The notes under the pieces were generated by a model. That model made no database searches. It was given only the letters and a program-made list of their open reading frames with translations, and was not told the origin of the DNA. A DNA stretch of 64,000 nucleotides, taken from Oceanispirochaeta sp. GTDB taxonomy: Bacteria > Spirochaetota > Spirochaetia > DSM-2461. Positions 30,832-41,811 of the stretch are shown piece after piece. Where the stretch lies: NCBI GenBank assembly GCA_963666275.2, contig CAXXOA010000002.1, positions 768,001 to 832,000 on the forward strand. The letters are read 5' to 3'. How positions within the stretch are numbered: position 1 is the first letter of the stretch; every line of letters begins with the position of its first letter. The translations under genes and the position numbers were made by a program.

Positions 30832-31632
30832 TTAAACCAGTCCTTTTCTGATCCTGCTTGAGATCATATCAATAATCGTAACTGTCACTACCAGGACCAT
30901 TACAATGATCATGGCCCGGGGCCAGGCCCTTGTCCGGATGGCGAAGATCAGAGGGGCTCCGATCCCCCCGGCTCCGACCAGCCCCAGAGTGGATGCCGCT
31001 CTCATATTGATTTCAAAACGGTAGAGCGTGTAGGAGATCAGTTCGGGGCTGACCTGAGGCAGGACGGCCCGGAAAAGGACTTCCATGCTGGAACCGCCGC
31101 AGGATTCCAGAGCTTCTTTAACCCCCATATCCATGCTTTCGATGGCTTCGCTGAAGAGTTTTCCCAGCATACCGATCGAGTGTATTCCCAGAGCCAGGAT
31201 ACCCGCGGGGGCACCGGGGCCCACAACGCTGATAAAGATCAGAGCCAGAATGAGTTCGGGAAATGTCCGGATCATGGTAATGATGAACTTTCCCGCCAGA
31301 GAGGCTTTGCGGCCCACTATGTTCTGGCTGGCCAGCAGGGCAAAGGGGATGGAGATCACAGCGGAAACAAAAGTACCGCTGATGGCAATGGCTATGGTTT
31401 CGATAATCGCATAGGGAAGGCCGTCGATGGTCATATTGGCCATATAGCCCATGTCAGGATGGACGATCCCCTGGAGAAGAGAAGAAATAGTTCCTTCTGC
31501 TGTGGCCATGACTCCCTTGTAGGGAATGCCCAGCATTCCCCAAAGGATCAGAACCGCCAGGCCGCCGTAGTTGACTACCCGGTAGATTATCTGACCGGCC
31601 GATATATTTTTCTTTACAATGATATTTTCCAT
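30832..31632 (-). CDS. phnE: Phosphate/phosphonate ABC permease PhnE
   Basis: RTFPEL, GKLFSEAIE, YRFEINMR...LGLVGAGGIG. Confidence 0.9.
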   Translation of the reverse strand: MENIIVKKNISAGQIIYRVVNYGGLAVLILWGMLGIPYKGVMATAEGTISSLLQGIVHPDMGYMANMTIDGLPYAIIETIAIAISGTFVSAVISIPFALLASQNIVGRKASLAGKFIITMIRTFPELILALIFISVVGPGAPAGILALGIHSIGMLGKLFSEAIESMDMGVKEALESCGGSSMEVLFRAVLPQVSPELISYTLYRFEINMRAASTLGLVGAGGIGAPLIFAIRTRAWPRAMIIVMVLVVTVTIIDMISSRIRKGLV

Positions 31633-32414
31633 TAAACCAACCTTTTTCTGATATGGGAGCTCACCAGATCTATGACCAGAACCACCGCAAAGGAGATCAC
31701 TATGATCACACCGACCCTGTCAAAGTTCCGCCAGGCCAGGTTGTGTTCGAAGGTCTGGCCGATTCCTCCGGCTCCGACGTATCCCAGCACCGCGGCTGCC
31801 CGCACATTCACTTCAAACCCGTAGAGGGTATAGGACATGAACTGGGGCAGGATCTGGGGCATTATGGCGTATCGCAGGATATTGGGCTTGTCCGCACCCA
31901 GGGACATGAGGGCTTCCACCTGTCCGTAATCGATCGCTTCTATAGATTCGTAGGTCAGTTTGGAGATAAGGCCGAAGGTAAAGATCGACAGGGCGATGAC
32001 CCCGCTGAAAGGGCCTATCCCGAAAACCGCAACAAACAGAGAGGCCAGTACCATGGCCGGGATGGTTCTGAAGATATTGAGAACCAGACGGAGGGGCTTG
32101 CTGATCCAGGGATTCTGCAGGAAATTGCCCGCGGCAAAAACCGCAACGGGAAGGGCGATGAGAGCTCCCCAGAAGGTTCCCACAATGGCCATCCGGATGG
32201 TTTCCAGAAGGGGGGTCACCACTTTGACAGAATAGGACCAGTCGGGGGGAAAGAACATCCTGTTCAGGAGCCTTTTTCCCTTATTGAAATTCTGTATCAC
32301 TTCCACCGGGTTGAAACCGGCAAAAACCGCGCTTCCCACAATGAGAGCCACCACCAGAAGGATAATGGAATTTCGTCTCAGATGATTGGCTTTGGGAACA
32401 ATGATTTTATCCAT
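31632..32414 (-). CDS. phnE: Phosphate/phosphonate ABC permease PhnE
   Basis: FPPDW, RTIP, FEVNVR...LGYVGAGGIG. Confidence 0.9.
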   Translation of the reverse strand: MDKIIVPKANHLRRNSIILLVVALIVGSAVFAGFNPVEVIQNFNKGKRLLNRMFFPPDWSYSVKVVTPLLETIRMAIVGTFWGALIALPVAVFAAGNFLQNPWISKPLRLVLNIFRTIPAMVLASLFVAVFGIGPFSGVIALSIFTFGLISKLTYESIEAIDYGQVEALMSLGADKPNILRYAIMPQILPQFMSYTLYGFEVNVRAAAVLGYVGAGGIGQTFEHNLAWRNFDRVGVIIVISFAVVLVIDLVSSHIRKRLV

Positions 32415-33193
32415 TATTCGTCTCCCAGCATCTCGTCCTGATGTATCGCTCTGCCGTACACCTTTTCCAGATCATTCAGAAAGGTCTTCTTGTCAATGTC
32501 TTTTATCTTCACATCATAGACAATCCGCCCCTCTTTCACTCCTACAACCCGACTGGCATAGTTCAGGGCCAGGTCGACATGATGAAGGTTCGCTATGGTG
32601 GTAATGCCGTCTTCGGTATTTATTTTTTTCAGATAGTCCATAACCTGGATTGTGGTGATCGGGTCCAGAGACGCCACCGGTTCATCCGCCAGCATCAGCC
32701 GGGGTTCCTGGGCCAGGGCTCTGGCAATAGCCACCCTCTGCTGCTGTCCCCCCGAAAGTTCACTGGCCCGGCTGTGTACCTTTTCCAGGATATCCACTCT
32801 CTGGAGAGCCCTGTAGGCAATCTGTTTGTCCTCTTCTGGGAAAAGACCCAGTATGGTTTTCCAGGTGGGATGGTAGGCCACCCTTCCGGAGAGCACATTG
32901 GTCAGTACAGAAGCCCTTTTGACAATATTGAACCCCTGGAAGATCATACCGATCTGTCGTCTTATATGGCGCAGTTCTTTTCCCCGGGCAGTGGTTACTT
33001 CGGCCCCGTCAAAGGAGACCTTTCCCGATGTGGCAGGAATGAGCTGGTTAATCAAACGCAGTAAAGTGGACTTACCCGCTCCGGACAGACCGATGACCGC
33101 AACGAACTCCCCTTCTTCGATCTTCAGATTTATATCATTCAGGGCTTTTGTCCCGTTGGGATAGACCTTACTGACTCCGGTAAACTCAATCAT
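32414..33193 (-). CDS. phnC: Phosphate/phosphonate ABC ATPase PhnC
   Basis: [38 protein letters not shown]. Confidence 0.92.
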   Translation of the reverse strand: MIEFTGVSKVYPNGTKALNDINLKIEEGEFVAVIGLSGAGKSTLLRLINQLIPATSGKVSFDGAEVTTARGKELRHIRRQIGMIFQGFNIVKRASVLTNVLSGRVAYHPTWKTILGLFPEEDKQIAYRALQRVDILEKVHSRASELSGGQQQRVAIARALAQEPRLMLADEPVASLDPITTIQVMDYLKKINTEDGITTIANLHHVDLALNYASRVVGVKEGRIVYDVKIKDIDKKTFLNDLEKVYGRAIHQDEMLGDE

Positions 33194-33286
33194 TTTTGAC
33201 TCCTGTCATAATTGTACTTGCATATTATTAAGTAAACTCCGTAAAATTATAGCAGATTTTGTTAAAGTTTATATAGTAAGGAGAGT

Positions 33287-34213
33287 TTGATGAAAAAAAG
33301 CTTGTTTCTCATGGCTGCTGTTGCCCTGATTATGTCCTCTTTTGTATTTGCCGGAGGGAGTCAGGAATCTGACGTGAATCCGGATGTTCTGGAAGTTCAG
33401 CTGATTCCTTCCCGTGATGCGACCTACCTGGATGCCCAGAGACTTCCTCTGCAGGAGCTTCTGTCTGCCGAAATGGGGATGGACGTGAATGTGACTGTAG
33501 CAACAGACTACAATGCCCTGATCGAAGCCATGGCTTCCGAACAGGTTCATGTGGGACTTCTTGCCACCACTGCCTACGTACTGGCTGCCGATGAAGGCGC
33601 TGCAGAAGCAATCCTGAAATCTCTCCGCTATGATGTGGATGACAACGGACAGCTGATGAAAGATAAACCTATGGTTTCCGGCTATAAATCCCAGCTGATT
33701 GCCGACAAAGACAGCGGTATCGAATCCGTGGCAGACCTGAAAGGCAAAAAAGTGGCAATTTCCTCTTTTACATCCACTTCAGGATTTGTATGGCCCGCCA
33801 ACCTGCTGGCAGACAATGGAATCGATCCCGAATCGGATGTGGACTGGATCAATGCGGGTGGACATGACAATGCGGTTCTGGCTGTTTTCAACGGCGAAGC
33901 CGATGCGGCTTTTACTTTCAAAGATGCCAGAAACCTCTTTGAAAAAGAGTCTTTCTACGGTGATCTGATGGACAAGGTTGTTCTTGTTACCAATACCAGC
34001 CTGATTCCCAATGATACGATCTCTGTAATTCCCAACCTCAACGAAGACCTGAAAGAGAAAGTCAAAAAGGCCTTTATCGCCATCAGTAAAGATCCCAAAG
34101 GACTGGAAATCATCCGGGGTATCTACAACCATGAAGGATATGCGGAAGCCCAGGATTCCGATTATGATGAAGTAAGAGTCTATCTCGAAAGAAAGAATGA
34201 GTGGGATTTCTGA
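33287..34213 (+). CDS. phnD: Phosphate/phosphite/phosphonate-binding protein PhnD
   Basis: DYNALIEAM, TSTSGF..P, GGHD, IPND; divergent from phnC. Confidence 0.88.
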   Translation: MMKKSLFLMAAVALIMSSFVFAGGSQESDVNPDVLEVQLIPSRDATYLDAQRLPLQELLSAEMGMDVNVTVATDYNALIEAMASEQVHVGLLATTAYVLAADEGAAEAILKSLRYDVDDNGQLMKDKPMVSGYKSQLIADKDSGIESVADLKGKKVAISSFTSTSGFVWPANLLADNGIDPESDVDWINAGGHDNAVLAVFNGEADAAFTFKDARNLFEKESFYGDLMDKVVLVTNTSLIPNDTISVIPNLNEDLKEKVKKAFIAISKDPKGLEIIRGIYNHEGYAEAQDSDYDEVRVYLERKNEWDF

Positions 34214-34242
34214 TATAAGAGGAAAACTCTGATTGTTTTGAG

Positions 34243-34275
34243 AGGGAGAGTCCTGAGGGATTCTCCCTTTTTTTT
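34243..34275 (+). terminator. Rho-independent terminator after phnD
   Basis: agggagagtcc-tgag-ggattctccct then a long T-tract. Confidence 0.8.
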
Positions 34276-35354
34276 TATTCAAGAATATTCCCGAGGTCCA
34301 TTTCCTCCAGAATCTCCCGGGTTTTGACAGGCCTTCCTTCATGGAGTGATTTATCCACAGCCAGCAGACAGGCCACAGTTACCAGCCCCTCCTTCAGATC
34401 CGGTTTAGGAGTCACCCCCTGGTGCAGGCAGCGGGCAAAGTACTCGATATAGTTCTGATACTCCCCCGCATGATGGCTGATGCCGTTGAACCGGAAATAG
34501 TAGGCCTCTTTTTTATAATGGGTAATTACAGGATCCTTTCCCTCGAGATGTTCCGCGTAGCGCAGTTCGTGGTAGTCCGCCTGGGACGAGCCTTTCTCTC
34601 CTCTGATGATGCAGCTCATGGCGCTGTCTCTCTGTTCCGGAGGGAGGGGGCAGGAGTAGGTGCCCGAGATCCTTGCAGTCCGTCCCCGGGAGGTTTTCAG
34701 AATGATATGAATAATGTCATGGTGTTTCAGGTCAAAGGAGGCACCGTTGGAACTGAGGTCTCCGTAGGCCATCACTTCTTCAATATCCTCCATATACCAG
34801 CGGATCAGATCCAGGGGATGACTGATCCCGCCGAAAAGCCATTTGAAGCCGTCGCTTCTTGTCCATGGTTTTTCAAGGAACCAGCGGTGATCGTCGTTGT
34901 AATAGGCTTCCATTGTGCAGATCTCACCCAGATTTCCCGCTTCGTAGGATTCCCTCTGTTTTATCATGGATTCGAAAAATCGGGAGGACTGACCCACCAT
35001 GACATGCTTTTTATGTGTCTCCGAAGCTGTGAGAATCTGACGGGCCTCCCCCAGATCCGTAAGGAGAGGTTTGGTACAGATCACATGTTTGCCTGCTTCC
35101 AGGGCCATGATGATATGACGGGCATGCAGAAAATCCGGAGTATAGATTCCTACCGCATCTATGTCGGGATCATTCAGAATATCCTCATAGCTGGTGGTAT
35201 AGCCCTCCAGAGAAAAAAGGCTCTGTATCTCTCTGCAGAGTTCCTCATTCAGATCGCATATCATTCTGACATCCCATAGTTCGCTGTTGACCGCTGCAGA
35301 GATGATGCTCCTTCCTTCTCCCAGTCCCAGAACTCCCAGTTTCAGTTTTTCCAT
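34275..35354 (-). CDS. Gfo/Idh/MocA oxidoreductase
   Basis: LGVLGLG, DAVGIYTPD..H, GKHVICTKP; GGAG before ATG 35354. Confidence 0.85.
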   Translation of the reverse strand: MEKLKLGVLGLGEGRSIISAAVNSELWDVRMICDLNEELCREIQSLFSLEGYTTSYEDILNDPDIDAVGIYTPDFLHARHIIMALEAGKHVICTKPLLTDLGEARQILTASETHKKHVMVGQSSRFFESMIKQRESYEAGNLGEICTMEAYYNDDHRWFLEKPWTRSDGFKWLFGGISHPLDLIRWYMEDIEEVMAYGDLSSNGASFDLKHHDIIHIILKTSRGRTARISGTYSCPLPPEQRDSAMSCIIRGEKGSSQADYHELRYAEHLEGKDPVITHYKKEAYYFRFNGISHHAGEYQNYIEYFARCLHQGVTPKPDLKEGLVTVACLLAVDKSLHEGRPVKTREILEEMDLGNILE

Positions 35355-35436
35355 TTGCAGGTCTCCTTCTGTAGTTCTCATAATAGGGCGGAAATGTCCG
35401 GGTATCTTTGCAGAATATGCTTTATAGTTATCATAT

Positions 35437-36285
35437 ATGGCTATTCGTTATGAGTCCCTGGCTCTTCCGGAGAGGGCCGACGGGACCTTGTGGAAGTTTT
35501 CGGAATTCAAAGAGGCGAAAATTTACAAACCTCATAATCACAGGGAACTGGAACTGAATCTGGTTCTGGAAGGTAAGGGAAGCTACATTGTCGGGGGAGT
35601 CAGATACTCTCTTGAAAAGGGATCCCTTCTCTGGCTCTTTCCCGATCAGCGCCATGGGATCGTGCATTTTTCAGAGGACTTTGAGATGTGGATAGCCGTT
35701 TTCAGGCCCGGCTTTCTCAGGGCTCTCTGGGGAGAGGAGTCCCATCTTCTCCTCTCCTCCGATCCCGGATCAGTTTTTGTCAAAACCCTGAACTCACCGG
35801 TACTGGATAAACTGAATGCCCTGTACGCCCAGGTGGACAGGGAAAAGGGAGACCCGGCGCTCTACAGGGCGGGACTGGGGTATCTTCTTCTGCGTTCCTG
35901 GAAAGTTTACCGTGAGTCCGGTGAGCATCCCGAATCGGTGAATCTCCATCCGGCGGTCGCCCGGATGGTTCAGCTCCTGGGAGCATCGCCGGAGCAGGAG
36001 AATCTCTCCCGTCTGGCAGAAAAGGCGGGGCTGAGCTACTCCAGGCTCTCCCGGCTTTTTCTGCGGCAGACAGGGAAGAGCCTGATCAGTTACAGAGACA
36101 GCCTGCGGGTGGAGAAGTTCTGCGAAGTCTACCGGGGCAGCCCCCACAGAACTATCCTGGACTGTGCCCTGGAAGCGGGATTCGGAAGCTACGCCCAATT
36201 CTACAGGGTGTTCAGGAAACACACAGGACAGAATCCCGGATCTTTTCCATTTGACAGGGATGAGAATTTGTTTAATCTGCCATAA
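35437..36285 (+). CDS. AraC-family regulator (cupin + HTH), divergent from oxidoreductase
   Basis: HNHRELE cupin; ALEAGFGSYAQFYRVF. Confidence 0.9.
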   Translation: MAIRYESLALPERADGTLWKFSEFKEAKIYKPHNHRELELNLVLEGKGSYIVGGVRYSLEKGSLLWLFPDQRHGIVHFSEDFEMWIAVFRPGFLRALWGEESHLLLSSDPGSVFVKTLNSPVLDKLNALYAQVDREKGDPALYRAGLGYLLLRSWKVYRESGEHPESVNLHPAVARMVQLLGASPEQENLSRLAEKAGLSYSRLSRLFLRQTGKSLISYRDSLRVEKFCEVYRGSPHRTILDCALEAGFGSYAQFYRVFRKHTGQNPGSFPFDRDENLFNLP

Positions 36286-36326
36286 CCCTGTAAGATGGAG
36301 AAAAAATACAGGAGCTTTTTGACGAT

Positions 36327-36995
36327 ATGCCCTTTGGAACACACTTGATAGAATCCCGGTCTCTGATGGAAATTAAACGGTACCAGAACAAATACTGCTT
36401 TAAAAAACGGTCTGTAGCGGAACATATGTGGTCTGTGGCCAAGATTGCCGAAGGTCTGGCTATCTGGGAGAGTAAAAAGTTCAAAAACAAGGTCGATATG
36501 GCTATGGTTCTCCAGAAAGCCATCAACCACGATATGATCGAACAGTGCACTGGGGATATCCTGGGGCCCACCAAAAAAAAGACCATGGCCATGAGAGAGG
36601 CTATTGAAGAGATCGAAGAGATGGCCTTCAGGGAAGAGATCGAAAAAGAACTGCCCAAATCCTGGCGGAGTCAGTTCCAGTCCTATATCCTGAATCCCAA
36701 GACCGATGATGTGGAGGGGCAGATCCTCCGGGCGGCGGATATCATCGATACCATGATCGAATCCATTGAGGAGATCAAGCTGGGAAATGATATCTTCAGA
36801 GGGGTTCTGCTGGAAAGTTCAAAGTCCCTGATAGAGGTGGATCTCACCAGTGTGAAGTATTTTATCAAATATGCCATCACCGACTTTGATATTGATATTA
36901 AAGAGTACTTCGGTCCTGAACTCTATGCGTTCCGTGAGACTCTGGAGTTCGATCCTGCCGTTTTTGAGGCCAACCTGGATATCCGGTTTGAATAA
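36327..36995 (+). CDS. HD-domain 5'-deoxynucleotidase (YfbR-like)
   Basis: RY...SVAEH, NHD..E..TGDI..PTK, AAD. Confidence 0.8.
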   Translation: MPFGTHLIESRSLMEIKRYQNKYCFKKRSVAEHMWSVAKIAEGLAIWESKKFKNKVDMAMVLQKAINHDMIEQCTGDILGPTKKKTMAMREAIEEIEEMAFREEIEKELPKSWRSQFQSYILNPKTDDVEGQILRAADIIDTMIESIEEIKLGNDIFRGVLLESSKSLIEVDLTSVKYFIKYAITDFDIDIKEYFGPELYAFRETLEFDPAVFEANLDIRFE

Positions 36996-37000
36996 TAAAA

Positions 37001-37036
37001 GAGAGGGCGTTCCCATTGAACGCTCCTCTCCCTTTT
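37001..37036. terminator. Probable bidirectional terminator between convergent genes
   Basis: A-tract, gagagggcgttc-ccatt-gaacgctcctctc, T-tract. Confidence 0.65.
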
Positions 37037-37134
37037 ATTCCCTCTCCTCCGCCTTCGGACTCCTTACAGGAACCTTTGAGGAGAGGATGGATTTCTTTTT
37101 ATCACAGAGGTTTCTCTGAAATTGTCAGCAATCC

Positions 37135-37926
37135 CTACATATACATGGTCCGCCAGAATTTATAGTTCTCCTTTTCGATGGTGTTTAAATCCGGGATGGG
37201 AAAGAAACGGGTCCCCTTCTGGGAGGCGAATATAAAACCATGGCGGATAATAGCATAGGAGAAGGCATCCAGCCGGCTCTCCAGGGCTATCCCCTTGTTG
37301 TGTTTATCAGAATATTTCTGCAACTCATAGAACCCGTCTCTCAGCGTGGAGGGATGAATATTTTTCACAGGGCTGGGAGTGAAGGGGTTGTGTTCAAACT
37401 CATCCACAAAGCTGAGAAGGTCTATCTCAATCTGGGTATAGAACTGTTTGGGAGCGGACTTTGACTGGGCCGGATCGGTTATGTAGCGGCCGAAGGTGGG
37501 AAAGTCGTATTCCGACAGAACCATCATCCTCAAGGGGGATATTTCCGCATACAGCCGGATCTTCTCCTTTTCGTGATTTGCTCTGAGCTCCCGGGATTCC
37601 AGGCCCAGACAGTAACCTTCCTGTGTGACCAGATAGAGCTTCTGTATGGATGAGAAGTTCACATGTTCCAGAACCCTGTATGACTTGATGAATTTGGTGG
37701 CTTTGGGCCTTCCGTCTTCATGAGGGATGAGCTGGCTGTAGGCTTCTTCAATGGGAAAATACTCATTCCGGAAATCCGGATCGATCTCGGCAAAGATGAC
37801 CTTTCCGCTGTAGTGACGGCTTGAGCCGCAGGTATAATGCTTGGCAAACATCTCGGGATTGAGATGGCTGCAGATAAGAGCATTGTTCGGATAGAGCGTC
37901 ATATAAAGGTGTGTTTGGTACGGCAT
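37135..37926 (-). CDS. Hypothetical soluble protein, 2 nt downstream of hppA
   Basis: 263-aa ORF with protein-like composition and operonic spacing; no motif recognised. Confidence 0.7.
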   Translation of the reverse strand: MPYQTHLYMTLYPNNALICSHLNPEMFAKHYTCGSSRHYSGKVIFAEIDPDFRNEYFPIEEAYSQLIPHEDGRPKATKFIKSYRVLEHVNFSSIQKLYLVTQEGYCLGLESRELRANHEKEKIRLYAEISPLRMMVLSEYDFPTFGRYITDPAQSKSAPKQFYTQIEIDLLSFVDEFEHNPFTPSPVKNIHPSTLRDGFYELQKYSDKHNKGIALESRLDAFSYAIIRHGFIFASQKGTRFFPIPDLNTIEKENYKFWRTMYM

Positions 37927-37928
37927 AA

Positions 37929-40004
37929 TTAAATCCCCCAGTATGTTTTTAAGATCGGTGCGATAACAAGTGAAACCACTGCCATTAGCTTTATGAGAAT
38001 ATTCAGACTCGGGCCGGCTGTATCCTTGAAAGGATCTCCCACCGTATCTCCCACAACCGCTGCTTTATGGGCATCACTCCCTTTGCCATGATTGTCTCCG
38101 GTTTCTATCATTTTTTTGGCATTGTCCCATGCGCCTCCCGAATTGGCCATGAAAATGGCCAGGACCACGCCGCTGGCTGTGACACCGATCAGGACTCCCA
38201 TAAGCATCTGGATCCCTCCCAGGAATCCCACAAGAAGAGGGGTGATGATCGATATGACTCCCGGCAGAATCATCTTTTTCAGAGCCGAACTGGTGGAGAT
38301 GTCGACACATTTCTTGTAGTCCGGTTCCTCCTCTTCCAGGAGAATGCCGGGTTTTTCCCGAAACTGCCTCCTGACCTCTTCGATCATGGCGAAAGCGGCA
38401 TCCCCTATGGCATTCATTGCCATGGAGGAGAAGAGATAGGGGATTACGGCCCCCAGCAGCAGGCCGGCAATGACAGACACATCCAGCAGCTGAATGGACT
38501 CCAGAGGGAGCCCCACCTGTTTCTGGAAGGCTGAGAAGAGAATCACCGAGGTGAGGGCTGCGGAACCGATGGCAAAACCTTTTCCGATCGCCGCTGTGGT
38601 ATTTCCCACGGCATCCAGTTCGTCGGTGACTTTCCTGACAGCCGGAGGAAACTCGCTCATTTCCGCCAGGCCTCCCGCATTATCCGCAATGGGCCCGTAG
38701 GCATCCACGGCAAGCTGAATCCCCAGGGTCATCAACATCCCCAGAGCCGCAATGGCCACTCCATAGAGTCCTGCCAGAAAATTTCCAAGCATTATCGCAA
38801 TGATGATGACCACGATGGGAAGGAAGCTGGAGGCCATTCCCACACCCATCCCGGTGATCAGAGTTGTGGCTGGTCCGGTATCACAGGCTTTGACTATCTT
38901 CAGGACCGGTCTGGTACCTGTTCCGGTGTAGTATTCTGTCAGAAGTCCCAGGCTGATTCCCGCCGCCATTCCCAGGACGGCGGAGATGAAGATATTGATG
39001 TACCCTGATCCCGGGATGCTTTCGTTTCCGAAAAACAGGAAGGAGGCTACGAATGTGAAGACCGCCGAGATGGCTGCGGCGGTAAATGTCCCTGTATTCA
39101 GGGCTTTCTGGGGACTTTTTCCTTTTTTAATTCTCACAAAGCGGATTCCCAGAAGGCTCGCCAGTACCCCCAGAGAGGCCAGGACCAGGGGGAATACTGC
39201 CAGGCGGAATCTGATCTCCGAACTTCCCAGTGACGCAGCACCCAGGATCATGGCCCCGACAATGGAACCCACATAGGATTCAAAAAGGTCAGCGCCCATT
39301 CCGGCTACATCTCCCACATTGTCTCCCACGTTGTCTGCTATTGTCGCAGGGTTCCTGTGATCATCCTCGGGAATCCCTGCTTCCACTTTTCCCACCAGAT
39401 CGGCCCCCACGTCGGCGGCCTTGGTGAAAATCCCTCCGCCTACCCGGGCGAAAAGGGCCATGGAGCTTGCTCCCAGACTGAATCCTGATACAATCTGAAG
39501 GATCTTTTCCGAAAAGAGTTCAATCGTAAAATTCAGAGTCATACGGGCGGTGAGCAGTATGATAAAAATGCCCAGCATCGCAAGGCCCACCACGGACATA
39601 CCCATAATGCTGCCGCCTGTGAAACTTACCTTCAGGGCCTTTGTTATGCCCTCCTGAGCCGCGTGGGTGGTGCGGCTGTTGGCCGCAGTTGCCACTTTCA
39701 TACCAATAAAACCGGCCAGAGCGCTGGCTCCGGCACCCAGGACAAAGCTCAACGCCTGGAAACGCAGTATTCCGCGGTTTGAAACAGCAAGGAATACGGC
39801 GACGATCACGACGAAGGGAAGCAGCACAGAGAACTCTCTGCGCAGAAAAGCCATGGCCCCGTCCGAAACATATCCGCTGATCCTTTTCAGCTTTTCGCTC
39901 TCCACGGGCTGTCTGAATATCCAGCGTGTCCGGTTCATGGCATACCACAAGGCTAGTCCTGCTCCTGTCAGCAGGGCTGCCAGTCCAATATTCACCAATA
40001 ACAT
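37929..40004 (-). CDS. hppA: Membrane-integral cation-translocating pyrophosphatase (K+-dependent type, probably Na+-pumping)
   Basis: [45 protein letters not shown]. Confidence 0.93.
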   Translation of the reverse strand: MLLVNIGLAALLTGAGLALWYAMNRTRWIFRQPVESEKLKRISGYVSDGAMAFLRREFSVLLPFVVIVAVFLAVSNRGILRFQALSFVLGAGASALAGFIGMKVATAANSRTTHAAQEGITKALKVSFTGGSIMGMSVVGLAMLGIFIILLTARMTLNFTIELFSEKILQIVSGFSLGASSMALFARVGGGIFTKAADVGADLVGKVEAGIPEDDHRNPATIADNVGDNVGDVAGMGADLFESYVGSIVGAMILGAASLGSSEIRFRLAVFPLVLASLGVLASLLGIRFVRIKKGKSPQKALNTGTFTAAAISAVFTFVASFLFFGNESIPGSGYINIFISAVLGMAAGISLGLLTEYYTGTGTRPVLKIVKACDTGPATTLITGMGVGMASSFLPIVVIIIAIMLGNFLAGLYGVAIAALGMLMTLGIQLAVDAYGPIADNAGGLAEMSEFPPAVRKVTDELDAVGNTTAAIGKGFAIGSAALTSVILFSAFQKQVGLPLESIQLLDVSVIAGLLLGAVIPYLFSSMAMNAIGDAAFAMIEEVRRQFREKPGILLEEEEPDYKKCVDISTSSALKKMILPGVISIITPLLVGFLGGIQMLMGVLIGVTASGVVLAIFMANSGGAWDNAKKMIETGDNHGKGSDAHKAAVVGDTVGDPFKDTAGPSLNILIKLMAVVSLVIAPILKTYWGI

Positions 40005-40198
40005 AGAATCTCCTTTTCCTGGAAGCCTCCGATGCCCTGCTCACCGGTGGATCCCTCTGTGTGAATAAAATTTACTGAGTTACTATAGTAACTCCGAAAT
40101 TCCAGGGAAACAAGTTTTTTGTCGAATATGTTCTATGAAATTGATTTTTCTCTTCTTTTTCAGCTCCTATCCGCCCTTTGAGGAGCCAGAGGATAGGG

Positions 40199-40897
40199 TT
40201 AATGCACTGTCATCATGGCCCGCCAGCGGTCGTACTCTGTGTCCAGGGGAAGATTCAGGTTGTTTCTGAAAGAATCCAGCGAGGGATCGTTAAAGCGTAT
40301 GAAGGGGTTTACTTTCAGTTCATCCGCCAGGGCTGTTACAACATGGTCACGGGAGTAGCGTCGGTTGTATTCCTCTGCAAAGGGATTTCCAGGATCAATT
40401 TCCCGAACTACCCCGAGAGAGTATTTGACAAGATCGTGACCGGCGTAGATACGGCTTTCTCCGGGGAGTTCTGTCAGTTTTTTCAGAGACTCAAAGTAGA
40501 TCTCGTACTCTCCGGTATAGCAGTTGCCCACGGTACCATTGAACAGGGTATCTCCTGTAATCAGCACATCTCTCCAGGAGAAGACAAGGGAGTCCATTGT
40601 GTGGCCCGGGGTGGGGAGAATGATGATCTCTTCGTCTGCCAGGGTGAGTGCGGACATCTTTATCAGTTCCTTAGCAGGTATAAAATCCGCTGAGCTCAGG
40701 TCCAGGAGGGCCCTGTTTCCTTCGGTATGGTCATCATGGCCATGGGTATTGGTTACAACTTTCAGAGTCAGTTTCCTTTCTGACAGGAAATCGCTTATTT
40801 CCCGGACCGCTCCTCCGTCAATGACGATCGCCTCGGAATCTTTCCACAGAAGATAGGCCAGGTTGCCTTTTCCGTAGCGGAACTGGTTTATATGCAT
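40199..40897 (-). CDS. gloB: Hydroxyacylglutathione hydrolase-like MBL protein (glyoxalase II)
   Basis: THGHDDH, TPGHT, TGDTLF, AGH, ELKVNPF. Confidence 0.7.
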   Translation of the reverse strand: MHINQFRYGKGNLAYLLWKDSEAIVIDGGAVREISDFLSERKLTLKVVTNTHGHDDHTEGNRALLDLSSADFIPAKELIKMSALTLADEEIIILPTPGHTMDSLVFSWRDVLITGDTLFNGTVGNCYTGEYEIYFESLKKLTELPGESRIYAGHDLVKYSLGVVREIDPGNPFAEEYNRRYSRDHVVTALADELKVNPFIRFNDPSLDSFRNNLNLPLDTEYDRWRAMMTVH

Positions 40898-40973
40898 TGT
40901 TTTCTCCTTTTTTTATCTAAAACAGTGAACCTCTTTATGGTTTTGTTTGAATTAGATTATCTGAAACTGTAAT

Positions 40974-41801
40974 ATGTATTATATGAAAAAATCTTCGAAT
41001 CTGCTCACAGTCCTACCCCGCAGGGGAATAACTATAATCAGCGGCTACAGAAAAAACGGGATCGACTCTTATGTGGCCCTCTATGAACTCAATACTGATG
41101 ATTCTGTATCCGTGACCTTTCCCAAAGGACACAGTTTCTCGCCCGGTCAGCCGGTCACTCTTCATTTAGATAACAGAACAGGCGTTTCCGAGTACGATGT
41201 GGATCTGAGAGTCTACAGGCTCTCTTACAAAGGAACAGTTTTTCAGGGAGATGACAAGGTTTTAACTGTGCATCCCGATGAGTATATGGTCTACTATTCC
41301 AATGGCTGTGTGCTTGAGTACAGAGCGCCCGGATTTACCTATGATACCCTGAAAAGGGAACAGGAGCTCCCCGAATCGCCAATCACCATGGATGACCTTG
41401 TCTGGGATGAAAAGGAATACGGGAATAAGCTCGGGGTTCTGGTTACAAAACTGCCCAGCAGGCCTCATTCCTCGCTGATGGCGTTCCTTTCGAATACTCA
41501 GGATGATATATTTCTCATCACCTTCAGGAGTAAGCTCAAGTCCAGAGCCCTTCATGCTGATAACCGCTGCTGTTTCGCCATTGATCACAGGGCTGAATTT
41601 GTTTTTGATAAAGCCTATGAATGGAACTACACAGTGTTAGAAGCAGAAGCCTACGGCATTTCCAGGGATAATCCCGTTTTCAAAGAGATTCAGTTCCATT
41701 TTGTTCAGAAGAACCCCTGGGAATCCACATTCTTTCTGAGCCCTGAAATTGAGATGTATCATCTCAGGCCGCAGCATATACTTCTTCCCGATACAATGTA
41801 A
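40974..41801 (+). CDS. Hypothetical protein with pyridoxamine 5'-phosphate oxidase-like (split barrel) C-terminal domain
   Basis: GVLVT...PHSSLMAF...IFLIT...K...L..DNR pattern. Confidence 0.5.
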   Translation: MYYMKKSSNLLTVLPRRGITIISGYRKNGIDSYVALYELNTDDSVSVTFPKGHSFSPGQPVTLHLDNRTGVSEYDVDLRVYRLSYKGTVFQGDDKVLTVHPDEYMVYYSNGCVLEYRAPGFTYDTLKREQELPESPITMDDLVWDEKEYGNKLGVLVTKLPSRPHSSLMAFLSNTQDDIFLITFRSKLKSRALHADNRCCFAIDHRAEFVFDKAYEWNYTVLEAEAYGISRDNPVFKEIQFHFVQKNPWESTFFLSPEIEMYHLRPQHILLPDTM

Positions 41802-41811
41802 GGATTCACAT

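Noticed and set aside
33203..33220. CTGTCAT Pho-box half-site between phnC and phnD
   Set aside because: No second repeat at 11-nt spacing, and it overlaps the phnC RBS.
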